DNA from: a bacterium | Lineage (GTDB): Bacteria; Hinthialibacterota; Hinthialibacteria; Hinthialibacterales; JAKPRU01 | Direction of reading: 5' to 3' | Length of the DNA: 56,957 nucleotides | NCBI GenBank assembly: GCA_035430965.1 | Contig: DAOMHQ010000003.1 | Location: forward strand, 1 to 56,957 | In this document: positions 25,883 through 34,223 of the stretch, one piece after another | How positions within the stretch are numbered: position 1 is the stretch's first letter | Layout: each line of letters begins with the position of its first letter | Notes under the pieces: generated by a model | Seen by the model: the letters and a program-made list of their open reading frames with translations, nothing else | Told to the model about the DNA's origin: nothing | Database searches by the model: none | Translations under genes and position numbers: made by a program

Positions 25883-26968
25883 TCACTTCTCCTGGAGAAT
25901 CCAATCCTCATTCAGGCGGACATGCTTAATGGTTTTCCGTTGGTAGGTGTAGGTCACATGAATCGCCCCATCCTGCGCCTCCGTCAGGCTGGGGTAGGAA
26001 TAGGCACCGCCTTCCGTCTCCAGGTCCCGAAAATTCAGCCAGGTCTTTCCATCGTCTTTTGAAAGAGCCAGGGTAAGCGGGCATCGTTCCACCGTGCTGT
26101 TGTTGAATGCCAGCACCACGTCTCCGGTCTTGAGCCGCAACAGGTCCACGGCGGCATCCGGATTGGGGAGAGAAACGGTAACCGGCCGGGTCCAGGTGCG
26201 CCCCTGATCGAACGATTCCGATTGCCAGATCCGACGGGTTTCTGGCCCACCCGCCCGCATGAAACAGAGAAGACTCTTATCGGTTCGCTGGATCACAGTC
26301 GGTTCGATATTTCCCCAGTGAAATCCGCCGCCGCAGTCGATCCGCTGGCCCGTTGTCCAGACCGGTTTACCTTCTTCCGCAATCAGGAACAGCGAAGACC
26401 AATCCCGTTCGTCATGGGCGGGAAGCAGGATATCGCCGTTTTCCAGTTGGATCGGCTTGGAGCGGGTTAAGTATCCCCACTCTTCAGTGAGTGTCCGTGG
26501 AAAACTCCAGGTTCGTCCGTCATCCGACGATGTCCGATAGTGAATTTTACAGCTTGTCCAGCCGGTACCCTGGCGGGTGCGACCTTCCCCGCTGCCGTAC
26601 ATGACATTGTAGAACAGCCACACCGTCTGATCGCGATCCACAAACAGGACCGGATTTCCGTCGGACCGAATGGGATCGTCGGTCAGTAGGAACGGCGTAG
26701 ACCACTGTCGATCTTTCGGGGAACGACGAATCCCCAGAATGGCCACATCGGAGGCTTTTTCTCGTGCTCCGGCGTACCAGGCCGCCAGAAGATCCCCGCT
26801 GGGAAGCATGGTGATCGTGGACCCGTGCGACTCCGGGTACCGTTCGTTCGCCTCGAAAAGGAAATCCGCCTCGTACAATGGGGCCGCCCATACAGCCGGA
26901 CAGAGCGCAACCAACACAGCCAAGCTGGGCATCCACTTCATCAACCATTCACGGGATATCTTCATCAT
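25883..26968 (-). CDS. BNR/Asp-box repeat protein (sialidase-like beta-propeller), secreted
   Basis: It has a signal peptide (MPSLAVLVALCPAVWA) and three clear Asp-box motifs (SSDDGRTWSF, SFDQGRTWTR, SKDDGKTWLN). Confidence 0.8.
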   Translation of the reverse strand: MMKISREWLMKWMPSLAVLVALCPAVWAAPLYEADFLFEANERYPESHGSTITMLPSGDLLAAWYAGAREKASDVAILGIRRSPKDRQWSTPFLLTDDPIRSDGNPVLFVDRDQTVWLFYNVMYGSGEGRTRQGTGWTSCKIHYRTSSDDGRTWSFPRTLTEEWGYLTRSKPIQLENGDILLPAHDERDWSSLFLIAEEGKPVWTTGQRIDCGGGFHWGNIEPTVIQRTDKSLLCFMRAGGPETRRIWQSESFDQGRTWTRPVTVSLPNPDAAVDLLRLKTGDVVLAFNNSTVERCPLTLALSKDDGKTWLNFRDLETEGGAYSYPSLTEAQDGAIHVTYTYQRKTIKHVRLNEDWILQEK

Positions 26969-27004
26969 GGAAGAACGGGGGCATTCCTTTCAAACGATGG
27001 GCAA

Positions 27005-27181
27005 TCAGGCTCGTGCGGTCAGGCCCAACTTCTTGAATTGGGCCTTGTCAACGCCGCAGACCGGACACACCCAATCATCAGGCAGTTCTTCAAAATCGGT
27101 TCCCCCCGGAATGCCGGATTCCGAATCCCCGGTGTCCGGGTCGTATACATAACCACAAACGCTGCATAAATAGTTGTTCAT
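27005..27181 (-). CDS. Rubredoxin
   Basis: This gene is absent from the ORF track (58 aa). Hand translation gives [58 protein letters not shown], with both CxxCG iron-binding knuckles and the conserved DDW. Confidence 0.9.
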   Translation of the reverse strand: MNNYLCSVCGYVYDPDTGDSESGIPGGTDFEELPDDWVCPVCGVDKAQFKKLGLTARA

Positions 27182-27317
27182 CGACGAGATCCCTCCGACG
27201 CGCCCTTCTTTCCAGCCACCGAGGACGGCGATCCTGGATACGGGCGCAATCCGCAGTAGTCTATCCGTTGCACAATTCGCGTCAATAGGTCAAGTGGTTT
27301 TTCAGCGCCGATCTTCC

Positions 27318-27345
27318 TTGATTCAATGCGAACTTGTGTTATAGT
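27318..27345 (+). promoter_or_regulatory. Candidate sigma-70-type promoter for rpmH
   Basis: TTGATT (27318-27323), N16, TATAGT (27340-27345) lies about 50 nt upstream of the rpmH ATG. This is a pattern match only. Confidence 0.35.
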
Positions 27346-27393
27346 AAGAGTTTGCAATATCTGGATAAATGAAATACGGATCAGTTCAGAGTC

Positions 27394-27528
27394 ATGAAAC
27401 AGACCTATCAACCAAGTGTAATCAAGAAAAAAAGAACTCACGGATTTCGGGCGCGGATGAGCACCCAGGGAGGCCGTGAGGTAATCCGCCGCAGACGCAA
27501 GAGAGGGCGATATCGCCTCTCCGTGTGA
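27394..27528 (+). CDS. rpmH: 50S ribosomal protein L34
   Basis: This gene is absent from the ORF track (44 aa). Hand translation gives [44 protein letters not shown], a textbook L34. It holds the canonical position upstream of rnpA. Confidence 0.92.
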   Translation: MKQTYQPSVIKKKRTHGFRARMSTQGGREVIRRRRKRGRYRLSV

Positions 27529-27544
27529 TCCGCATGGGCGGATC
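27527..27544 (+). other. Hairpin overlapping the rpmH stop codon
   Basis: GATCCGC-ATGG-GCGGATC forms a perfect 7-bp stem with no U-tract. It lies at the start of an unusually long (190 nt) rpmH-rnpA spacer. Confidence 0.25.
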
Positions 27545-27718
27545 CGGCTGCAAAGCGGTTTCATGAAAAAGAATAACAAAAGCGACGTCGCCACGATTTT
27601 TGATGACGCTGGTGTTGGATGTCGGAGGTGGGATGGCCATTGGCGGGTCTGCGGCAGCTCCGTTCTCCAAGGAGCCTCTATCCCATCCTCGGACCGAATC
27701 GGAACCCGGTAATCTCAG

Positions 27719-28132
27719 ATGACCGAACCGGTGAAATCCACACAGACTCGGCAGACTTTCCGGCGGCATGAACGATTGCGTGGGCGACGTGATTTTGAAC
27801 GATTGCGGGCTGGACGGAGAATTCAAGGGGCCGTTTTGGCGATACGGTGTATGCCAAGCCCCGCTTCTGTTTCCCGTCTCGGAGTCCAGGTCGGAAGAAA
27901 GGTCGGATCGGCAGTAGAACGAAACAGAGTAAAGAGACGACTGAGGGAACAATTTCGGCAACTGAAACGCCGGATCAAAGAACCGACGGATATTCTGGTG
28001 TGGGCTTTTCCTGAGAGTGCAACGGCTTCCTCGGCTTTGATTCGAAAAGAACTGGAGTCCGTACTGTCCCGAGCGGACTTGCTCACCTCCCCGGTCAATC
28101 CAGTAGACCAGCCGGTCCCGTTACCTGCATGA
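27719..28132 (+). CDS. rnpA: Ribonuclease P protein component
   Basis: This basic protein carries RLRGRRDFERL...GVQVGRKVGSAVERNRVKRRLRE (the RNR motif) and holds the conserved position. Confidence 0.88.
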   Translation: MTEPVKSTQTRQTFRRHERLRGRRDFERLRAGRRIQGAVLAIRCMPSPASVSRLGVQVGRKVGSAVERNRVKRRLREQFRQLKRRIKEPTDILVWAFPESATASSALIRKELESVLSRADLLTSPVNPVDQPVPLPA

Positions 28133-28356
28133 CAAGTGGAATGCGAGCAATTGTTTTGATGTGCCTGCGGGTGTACAGACAGGTTGTGTCTCCCTGTCTG
28201 CCACCGCTCTGCCGCTTCCACCCGACCTGTTCCGTGTACGCGCATGAGGTCATCGAGCATTTCGGCCTCCGGCGCGGTCTCCGTCTTGCATTCGCTCGGA
28301 TTCTGCGATGCCATCCGTGGCATCCCGGAGGCATTGACCTGCCGCCTGAGCGATAG
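28129..28356 (+). CDS. yidD: Membrane protein insertion efficiency factor YidD
   Basis: YRQVVSPCLPPLCRFHPTCSVYAHEVIEHFG...RILRCHPWHPGGIDLP is the YidD signature. The ATGA overlaps rnpA. Confidence 0.9.
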   Translation: MTSGMRAIVLMCLRVYRQVVSPCLPPLCRFHPTCSVYAHEVIEHFGLRRGLRLAFARILRCHPWHPGGIDLPPER

Positions 28357-28385
28357 GAAGCCTGCACGGTGTGAGACAAGGCGGA

Positions 28386-30479
28386 ATGGAAAAACGAATG
28401 GTGTTGGCCATCGTTCTCTCGATGGCTCTGATTTTCATATTCAGCTGGCGCAATAGCGAGCGCCTGCGGGACGCTCAGCATCGACGCGCGGCTCGATCCG
28501 TTGCCGAACAGACCCAGGCGACTCCTTCTGCCGCCACAACCACACCATCCATCACCGAAGCACCACCGGACATCGAGCCGACACCGCAGGATTCCACGCC
28601 GACTCCCCCTGACACCCATCCCTGGAGCCTTTTGACGCTGACCGCGCAACAAACCGCTCCGGCCACATGCGTCGTCACCAGCGACCTGTGGCACGTCGTT
28701 TTTACCAATCAGGGAGCCGTCCCGGTTTCCTGGCGGTTGCTGAAGTACCAGGAGGTTTTTTCGGATCCGCGCTACCTGGCGCTTCGCGCCTCCAAACCGA
28801 TTCCTCCTGCTGTCTCCGCCCGGCTTGATATCGACTATGTTCTGGAGGCCTTTCTTCCGCTCGCCGACCTGCATCTGGACCGGCAAGAACTGGAAATGTA
28901 TCACGAAATGGAACCGTTCCTGCGCAAGGACGCGGTGCTCAATGAGGACGACCGGCTGTTCTGCGCGGATGAACTGGTGCCGGGCGATTTGCTGTATCCC
29001 GCCTCTCCCATGCTTTGCCGCTGGGGTAACGACACCTGGGATACCTCGGTGACGTACACAGGGCCACAAGGCATCCTCCGAGTGGACGACCAGCCCGTCG
29101 AGGTGGTTTACACCGCCGAACAGGGCAATCTGCGCATCTCCAAGATCTATCGATTCACCCCAGGCGAATACCGGGTGGACTTCTCAATCCGAATTGAAAA
29201 CACCGGGGATGCTCCTCTCCAATGGGGCAAAGAAAGTCAATATGGCCTGACCTGGCAGGGAGGAATTGCACGTCCCTCCACCCAGCAGCAACGCCTGAAT
29301 TCGGTCCATGTGGCCAGCACGGATGGCGACATGGAAAGCTATCCGCAAATGCCGCGCAAAACCCTTCACTACGCTTCCATCGCCAAAACAGCCATAGAAG
29401 AAAGCAACGTACCCATGCCAGTCGATGGATTTGAGACGTTGTGGATGAACCGTCTTCCCAAAAGCGGCGTTCGGTGGATTGGAATCGACACCAAGTACTT
29501 TCTCGGCGCAATTCGTCCCCAAATGCCGGTCGGAGTTGCCCTGGTCGGGCTATCGAGAATTCCAGGCGATCCTGCGGATCACATCCGACCTGCCATGGGA
29601 ATGGAGATCGCGCTCGATGACTTGAATCCGGGACAGATACGTGAAGACCTCTTCGATCTGTATGTCGGTCCGAAAGAAGGTCCCCGCCTGACCGCTGTCG
29701 ATGAAACTCTGGAAGACCTGGTCGAGAATTACTGGTTGTCCTCCGTGGTCTCGCCGATCGCGAAATTGCTCTTGCACCTGCTTCAGTTTTTTTATCGGAT
29801 CATCCCGAATTACGGTGTCGGGATTATCCTGCTGACCTTTCTGGTGCGCCTTCTGATGTATCCCCTGTATCACAAGCAGATGGCTTCCATGAAGAAAATG
29901 CAGCAGCTGCAGCCCCAAGTTGCCGCTCTCAAGGAACGATATAAGGACAATCCCCAGGAGCTTCAGCGCAAGACCATGGAGTTCTACCGGGAGCACAAGG
30001 TCAATCCCATGGCAGGCTGCCTGACCATGCTCCCCACCCTGCCGATCTTCATCGCCCTGTGGGGTACATTCAACCAGGCCATCGAGCTGCGGGGCGCCCC
30101 GTTCTTCTGGTGGATTCAAGACCTGTCCCAGCCGGACCAGGCCTTTTTCTTGCCTCTGGCGGGATACATTATCCCAATCAATATTCTGCCCATCATGTAT
30201 TGCGTTCTCATGTTGTGGAGTCAAGCACGTCAGAAAATCGAAGCGCCGAATGCCGCTATGATGAAGATCCTTCCGATCATGTTCGTCTTTTTCTTCTGGT
30301 CGATTGCATCGGGAGTGATTCTCTATTTCGTGGTCAGCATGACCATGGATACGTGTCAGCGAATTCTCATGGATCGGTTCGGAGAGAAAGAGACGGCGAC
30401 GCGGGTATCGGAGGTCCCGGCGCTCGAACGGGTCCGCGCATCCGGCGGACGAAGCCAGTCTCGGAGGAAACAACGGTAA
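28386..30479 (+). CDS. yidC: Membrane protein insertase YidC (large periplasmic P1 domain)
   Basis: An N-terminal TM and a large P1 domain precede the conserved C-terminal core (GVGIILLTFLVRLLMYPLYHKQMASMKKMQQLQPQVAALKERYKDNPQ...MAGCLTMLPTLPIFIALW). I preferred the ATG at 28386 over the GTG at 28371. Confidence 0.92.
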   Translation: MEKRMVLAIVLSMALIFIFSWRNSERLRDAQHRRAARSVAEQTQATPSAATTTPSITEAPPDIEPTPQDSTPTPPDTHPWSLLTLTAQQTAPATCVVTSDLWHVVFTNQGAVPVSWRLLKYQEVFSDPRYLALRASKPIPPAVSARLDIDYVLEAFLPLADLHLDRQELEMYHEMEPFLRKDAVLNEDDRLFCADELVPGDLLYPASPMLCRWGNDTWDTSVTYTGPQGILRVDDQPVEVVYTAEQGNLRISKIYRFTPGEYRVDFSIRIENTGDAPLQWGKESQYGLTWQGGIARPSTQQQRLNSVHVASTDGDMESYPQMPRKTLHYASIAKTAIEESNVPMPVDGFETLWMNRLPKSGVRWIGIDTKYFLGAIRPQMPVGVALVGLSRIPGDPADHIRPAMGMEIALDDLNPGQIREDLFDLYVGPKEGPRLTAVDETLEDLVENYWLSSVVSPIAKLLLHLLQFFYRIIPNYGVGIILLTFLVRLLMYPLYHKQMASMKKMQQLQPQVAALKERYKDNPQELQRKTMEFYREHKVNPMAGCLTMLPTLPIFIALWGTFNQAIELRGAPFFWWIQDLSQPDQAFFLPLAGYIIPINILPIMYCVLMLWSQARQKIEAPNAAMMKILPIMFVFFFWSIASGVILYFVVSMTMDTCQRILMDRFGEKETATRVSEVPALERVRASGGRSQSRRKQR

Positions 30480-31453
30480 TGGAAGAGACAACCGGAATAG
30501 GAAGAACCATTGAAGAGGCCATCGAACAGGGCCTGCGCTCTCTGGGCGCTCAACGGGATGAAGTCGAGGTCGAACCGCTGGACACCGGCAGGCGGGGATT
30601 TCTCGGCATATTCGGACGAAGGAATGCAAGGGTTCGTGTCCTGATTCGTCAGGACGACCGGATCCGCACACGCATTCTGATGCGGAATATCCTTCGACAC
30701 CTTGGCGTGGAAATCATGCCGGATGTTCAGGAAGATCGCGATGAAATCATTGTCTCACTTGGCGATGATGCCTCGGTCCTGATCGGTCATCATGGCCAGA
30801 CTCTCGATGCCCTGCAGTATCTCGCCTCCCGGATCATCAACAACGACCGGGAGAAATGGAAGAAAATTGTTATTGACATCAACAATTACCGCGACAAGCG
30901 GGAGGACAATCTGCACAGCCTCTCGGAACAACTGGCCAACCAGGCCATCGCGGAAGGCCGCGACCAGCGAACCGATCCACTCAGCGCCCCCGAGCGCCGG
31001 ATTATTCACATGGCGCTTCGGGATCACCCCAAGGTCACCACGTTCAGTGTGGGTGAGGGAAGTTATCGCCGCGTGATTGTCGCACTTCGGGAAGGGATTG
31101 CGGAACGACGGGACCGTCCGGGACGCGAATCCCGGCCGCCGCGTGAGTCACAGCGCGGACGAGATCGACGAGAGGGCGGTTCGGGTAACAGCGGCGGCGG
31201 ACGTGGGGGTGGGGGTGGAGGCGGACGCGGCGGTGGTGGACGCAATGACGGTGGTGGACGCAATGGCGGTGGTGGACGCGATGGCGGCGGGCGTAGTGGC
31301 GGAGGCGGCGGAGGCGGAGGCGGCGGAGGCGGCGGAGGCGGCGGACAGGGTCCGCGTTCCGGTAGCAACCGACAACGATTCCCACGCAGAGGGCGCGGAG
31401 GCGGCGGACGACGACCGAATCCCTCGGGCGAGGCGAAACGCGAACAGGCCTGA
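30479..31453 (+). CDS. jag: Jag/KhpB-type RNA-binding protein (Jag_N + KH + R3H) with a long C-terminal RGG/poly-Gly tail
   Basis: It has Jag_N (GRTIEEAIEQGLRSLGA...EVEVEPLD), a KH region and R3H (ERRIIHMALRDHPKVTTFSVGEGSYRRVIV). About 117 aa of R/G low complexity follow. The ATG overlaps the yidC stop by 1 nt. Confidence 0.85.
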   Translation: MEETTGIGRTIEEAIEQGLRSLGAQRDEVEVEPLDTGRRGFLGIFGRRNARVRVLIRQDDRIRTRILMRNILRHLGVEIMPDVQEDRDEIIVSLGDDASVLIGHHGQTLDALQYLASRIINNDREKWKKIVIDINNYRDKREDNLHSLSEQLANQAIAEGRDQRTDPLSAPERRIIHMALRDHPKVTTFSVGEGSYRRVIVALREGIAERRDRPGRESRPPRESQRGRDRREGGSGNSGGGRGGGGGGGRGGGGRNDGGGRNGGGGRDGGGRSGGGGGGGGGGGGGGGGQGPRSGSNRQRFPRRGRGGGGRRPNPSGEAKREQA

Positions 31454-31523
31454 ACACCGCAGCGCTGACATTATGCCCTGTGTTATGGGACGCGCTTCCG
31501 TGATATACTGCAGACCTGTTAAA

Positions 31524-31557
31524 GGGGAGCGGGGCATCCTGCCCCCGAAGGTAACCG
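31524..31557. repeat. GC-rich intergenic repeat, family B
   Basis: GGGGAGCGGGGCATCCTGCCCCC contains the hairpin GGGGCA-TCC-TGCCCC and lies between jag and the second S41 protease. Confidence 0.55.
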
Positions 31558-31560
31558 GTC

Positions 31561-33099
31561 ATGAGGCGGTTAACGATGACAAGACCCCGATTCCGGCGAT
31601 TGATCTCCACAGGTGTCTATCTCTTGCTGCTGCTCGGCCAACCGACGTGGGCGGCGGACGGCAGCACGGAGGATCCCCGATTCGAAATCAATCGCCGGGA
31701 ATATGACATCGGCCAGAAGAATTTCAACCGGATCGTCCACTGCATCCGGGAGCGCTATGAAAGCGAGCAGGTCGATTTCAAGAAGGTTTTTGCACAAGCA
31801 CTCTACTCCACCGAACAGGTTGTCCGTGAGGTCGAGGGAGCCGGTGCGGTCGTTGTCATGGCCACATCCGAGCCTCCTTATACTCTTCAGGAATTGGAAT
31901 ACGTTCAGCACCTCGGGAATCTGATTGCCGGACGAATCCGAATCGGTTCCGCAACGGTGGCCAGTATAACCCAGCTGTGGAATGCCTCATTGACCTCCAT
32001 GGTCAATGCCCTGGATGATCCCTATTCACAATATCTTCCCCCTCAGAACTACGGCGATCTCCAGCAATTCCTGTCCGGGGAAGGCAATCCGGAAAACCGA
32101 TTTTTCGGCGTCGGCATTCGGATCGAATGGGATGTCACAAACAATGCAGGATTGTTTGTTCGTTATCCCATTCCGGGAACCCCGGCGGCTATCAGCGGAA
32201 TCAAGACCGGCGATATCATCGTTGCCGTGGACGGGATTCCGCTCAGCGCCACCGGAACCCGTGACGAAAATCTCAACGCGGCGGTCGATCGAATCAAAGG
32301 CCCTGAAGGAACCAAGGTCAAACTGACCGTGATCCGTCCCGGCTCCGGACCGTTCCCACTCCATTTCGAACTGGCACGGGAACCCATCCGCGCCGATCAG
32401 TTAATCTGGTCCGAAATCCTGGGGGCGGATACCGGCCATCTCACCCTGTTCAGCTTCTATCAACACTGCTCCGAGGATGTGGAGAAAACCCTCCTGAAAC
32501 TCCGGCAGCAGGGAATGAAGAAACTGATCCTCGATCTCCGCTCCGATCCCGGAGGATTCCTGGATGAAGCCGTCAAGATCGCGGATATCTTTCTCCCGCA
32601 GGGAACGTTGATCACCTACACCCAGGGCAGGACCGAAGACACACGCAAGGACTTCTTCGATCAGCGGACCGGCGATGAGAATTTCACGCAGATCCCGATT
32701 GTGATTCTCGTGGACGCCCGTTCTGCCAGTGCTTCCGAAGTGGTTACCGGAGCGCTGAAAGACCAGGGACGTGCCCAGGTGGTTGGCGAGAAGACATTCG
32801 GAAAAGGCTCGGTTCAGGAGTTGTTCCCGCTGGAGGGGGATGCCGGGCTGCGCCTCACGGTTGCCAAGTACTACACCCCCAACGGAAGGTGCATTCACAA
32901 CCAGGGAATCGAGCCGGATGTCGTTGTGGAATACGAACCGCCTCAAATCGCCGTGCCTGACGAGAATTCAGACTCCGGCAAGAATGCCAATCCGAAACCT
33001 GTCACCACGTCAAGCCTGTTGGAAAAACAACTCATCAGCGACAATCAACTCCGCGCTGCATACCAGCTCCTTAACCGCAACGCCATTTCCACGAAATGA
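31561..33099 (+). CDS. S41-family peptidase (second Ctp-like paralogue)
   Basis: It has a signal peptide (LISTGVYLLLLLGQPTWA), a PDZ domain (GVGIRIEW...GTPAAISGIKTGDIIVAVDG) and an S41 core (LDLRSDPGGFLD, DARSASASEV). Confidence 0.88.
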   Translation: MRRLTMTRPRFRRLISTGVYLLLLLGQPTWAADGSTEDPRFEINRREYDIGQKNFNRIVHCIRERYESEQVDFKKVFAQALYSTEQVVREVEGAGAVVVMATSEPPYTLQELEYVQHLGNLIAGRIRIGSATVASITQLWNASLTSMVNALDDPYSQYLPPQNYGDLQQFLSGEGNPENRFFGVGIRIEWDVTNNAGLFVRYPIPGTPAAISGIKTGDIIVAVDGIPLSATGTRDENLNAAVDRIKGPEGTKVKLTVIRPGSGPFPLHFELAREPIRADQLIWSEILGADTGHLTLFSFYQHCSEDVEKTLLKLRQQGMKKLILDLRSDPGGFLDEAVKIADIFLPQGTLITYTQGRTEDTRKDFFDQRTGDENFTQIPIVILVDARSASASEVVTGALKDQGRAQVVGEKTFGKGSVQELFPLEGDAGLRLTVAKYYTPNGRCIHNQGIEPDVVVEYEPPQIAVPDENSDSGKNANPKPVTTSSLLEKQLISDNQLRAAYQLLNRNAISTK

Positions 33100-33140
33100 G
33101 GGCTTGAACGCGCTTCCCTCACCGGCAAGATGCCGGTGCC

Positions 33141-33262
33141 CCCTCACCCCGACCCTCTCCCGCAGGGAGAGGAGGAAGTTCCGTAGATCATGTGGCCATG
33201 AAGGGGGCTGATTTTGTCGGACTGATCAACCCCACCCTGACCCTCCCCAGTCTTGGGGAGGG
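33141..33262. repeat. GC-rich palindromic intergenic repeat, family A (bipartite)
   Basis: CCCTCACCCCGACCCTCTCCCGCAGGGAGAGG (hairpin 33154-33172) is followed about 50 nt later by GATCAACCCCACCCTGACCCTCCCCAGTCTTGGGGAGGG (hairpin 33241-33262). A palindrome ACCGGCAAGATGCCGGT sits just upstream at about 33121-33137. Confidence 0.65.
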
Positions 33263-33332
33263 CAATTCCAAGCTTCTTGAGACAATCTCAGGAGCCATGC
33301 CCTCCTCGACCAGATGAACAGCACCTGTCATT

Positions 33333-34031
33333 TCATTTCCCCAGGCTGCTGGAAGGACGAGGGGTTGGAGTGGCTTTCAACGTGCGGAGACGCCAATCGA
33401 CCTGCGCTGTGGCGCTCGACGGACTGATCTCTTCTCCCCGGATTCCACCAAAGAAATTCTTGTAAGAGGGTGTCTCCTCCTGGTCCTTGCCGATCACCAC
33501 TGGGTCCCCGCCGATCAGAAATGCCTGGCTTATCGTATACGGGCCGTACAAAATTACTAATTGCAGCGCATCCGGCGAAATTCCCGGAACAATCAGAAAC
33601 GCAATATGGGCTGTCTCCAACGGCTGCCGGGCACAGAGCACCGGAATCTCTGCCTGCCTGCCTTCCTGATTCGCCACGACCCACAGCCACTTTTCTTCGT
33701 CAAACTCGAATCCAACCACATATCTCCCCGGAGCCAAGGTGTACTTCTCCCCTTTCAGGGTGACATTCGTGCTCAGCCTTGCCAGACGCGGAGCCACGTG
33801 TTTCGCGTAGTACTCCTTGATCGGTTTCGCATCCTCGCTCACAGTCGAAGACTGAAGCAGCTCGAATATCTCCGGGTCCCACCGCATGGCCTCGTAAGTA
33901 ACACCGATCTCCGCGCCTTTCGCAGTCTCCAGGGAGGTCTTCATCGTGGGAACCGGCTCATCTCCTTTCGGAGCCGCATAAATCGGAAGCGCCACAAGAA
34001 TCGCCAACAACAATGTCACGCTGAGTCTCAT
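33333..34031 (-). CDS. Hypothetical secreted protein
   Basis: It has a clean signal peptide (MRLSVTLLLAILVALPIYAAP). The body has no firm family; it loosely resembles DUF2911-like beta proteins. An alternative start lies at 34076. Confidence 0.45.
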   Translation of the reverse strand: MRLSVTLLLAILVALPIYAAPKGDEPVPTMKTSLETAKGAEIGVTYEAMRWDPEIFELLQSSTVSEDAKPIKEYYAKHVAPRLARLSTNVTLKGEKYTLAPGRYVVGFEFDEEKWLWVVANQEGRQAEIPVLCARQPLETAHIAFLIVPGISPDALQLVILYGPYTISQAFLIGGDPVVIGKDQEETPSYKNFFGGIRGEEISPSSATAQVDWRLRTLKATPTPRPSSSLGK

Positions 34032-34223
34032 GCACGTGTCTCCTGCCTTCTCTCTAAATCGCTTTCGTTTCTTCATCCCTTTCGTCTCCTCCACGCACTC
34101 CATCTGCTTGAATGTATAAAGACTTGCTTGTCCGGTCAACAAAAGATTCCTTTCGGTTCATCTTGCCGGATCTATCGAAGGTGGATATTCTGCGTTGACA
34201 TCCGTGCCAATGAAGAGGGATAT

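Noticed and set aside
27182-27393. A possible chromosomal replication origin next to rpmH.
   Set aside because: No dnaA gene is adjacent. Only one partial DnaA-box-like string was seen, and there is no obvious AT-rich unwinding element. GC skew cannot be computed here.
31063-31368. A minus-strand ORF encoding long poly-proline runs (PPPPPPPPPPPPPP...).
   Set aside because: It is the reverse-complement mirror of the GGN-rich Jag tail. It has no independent start context or upstream signals.
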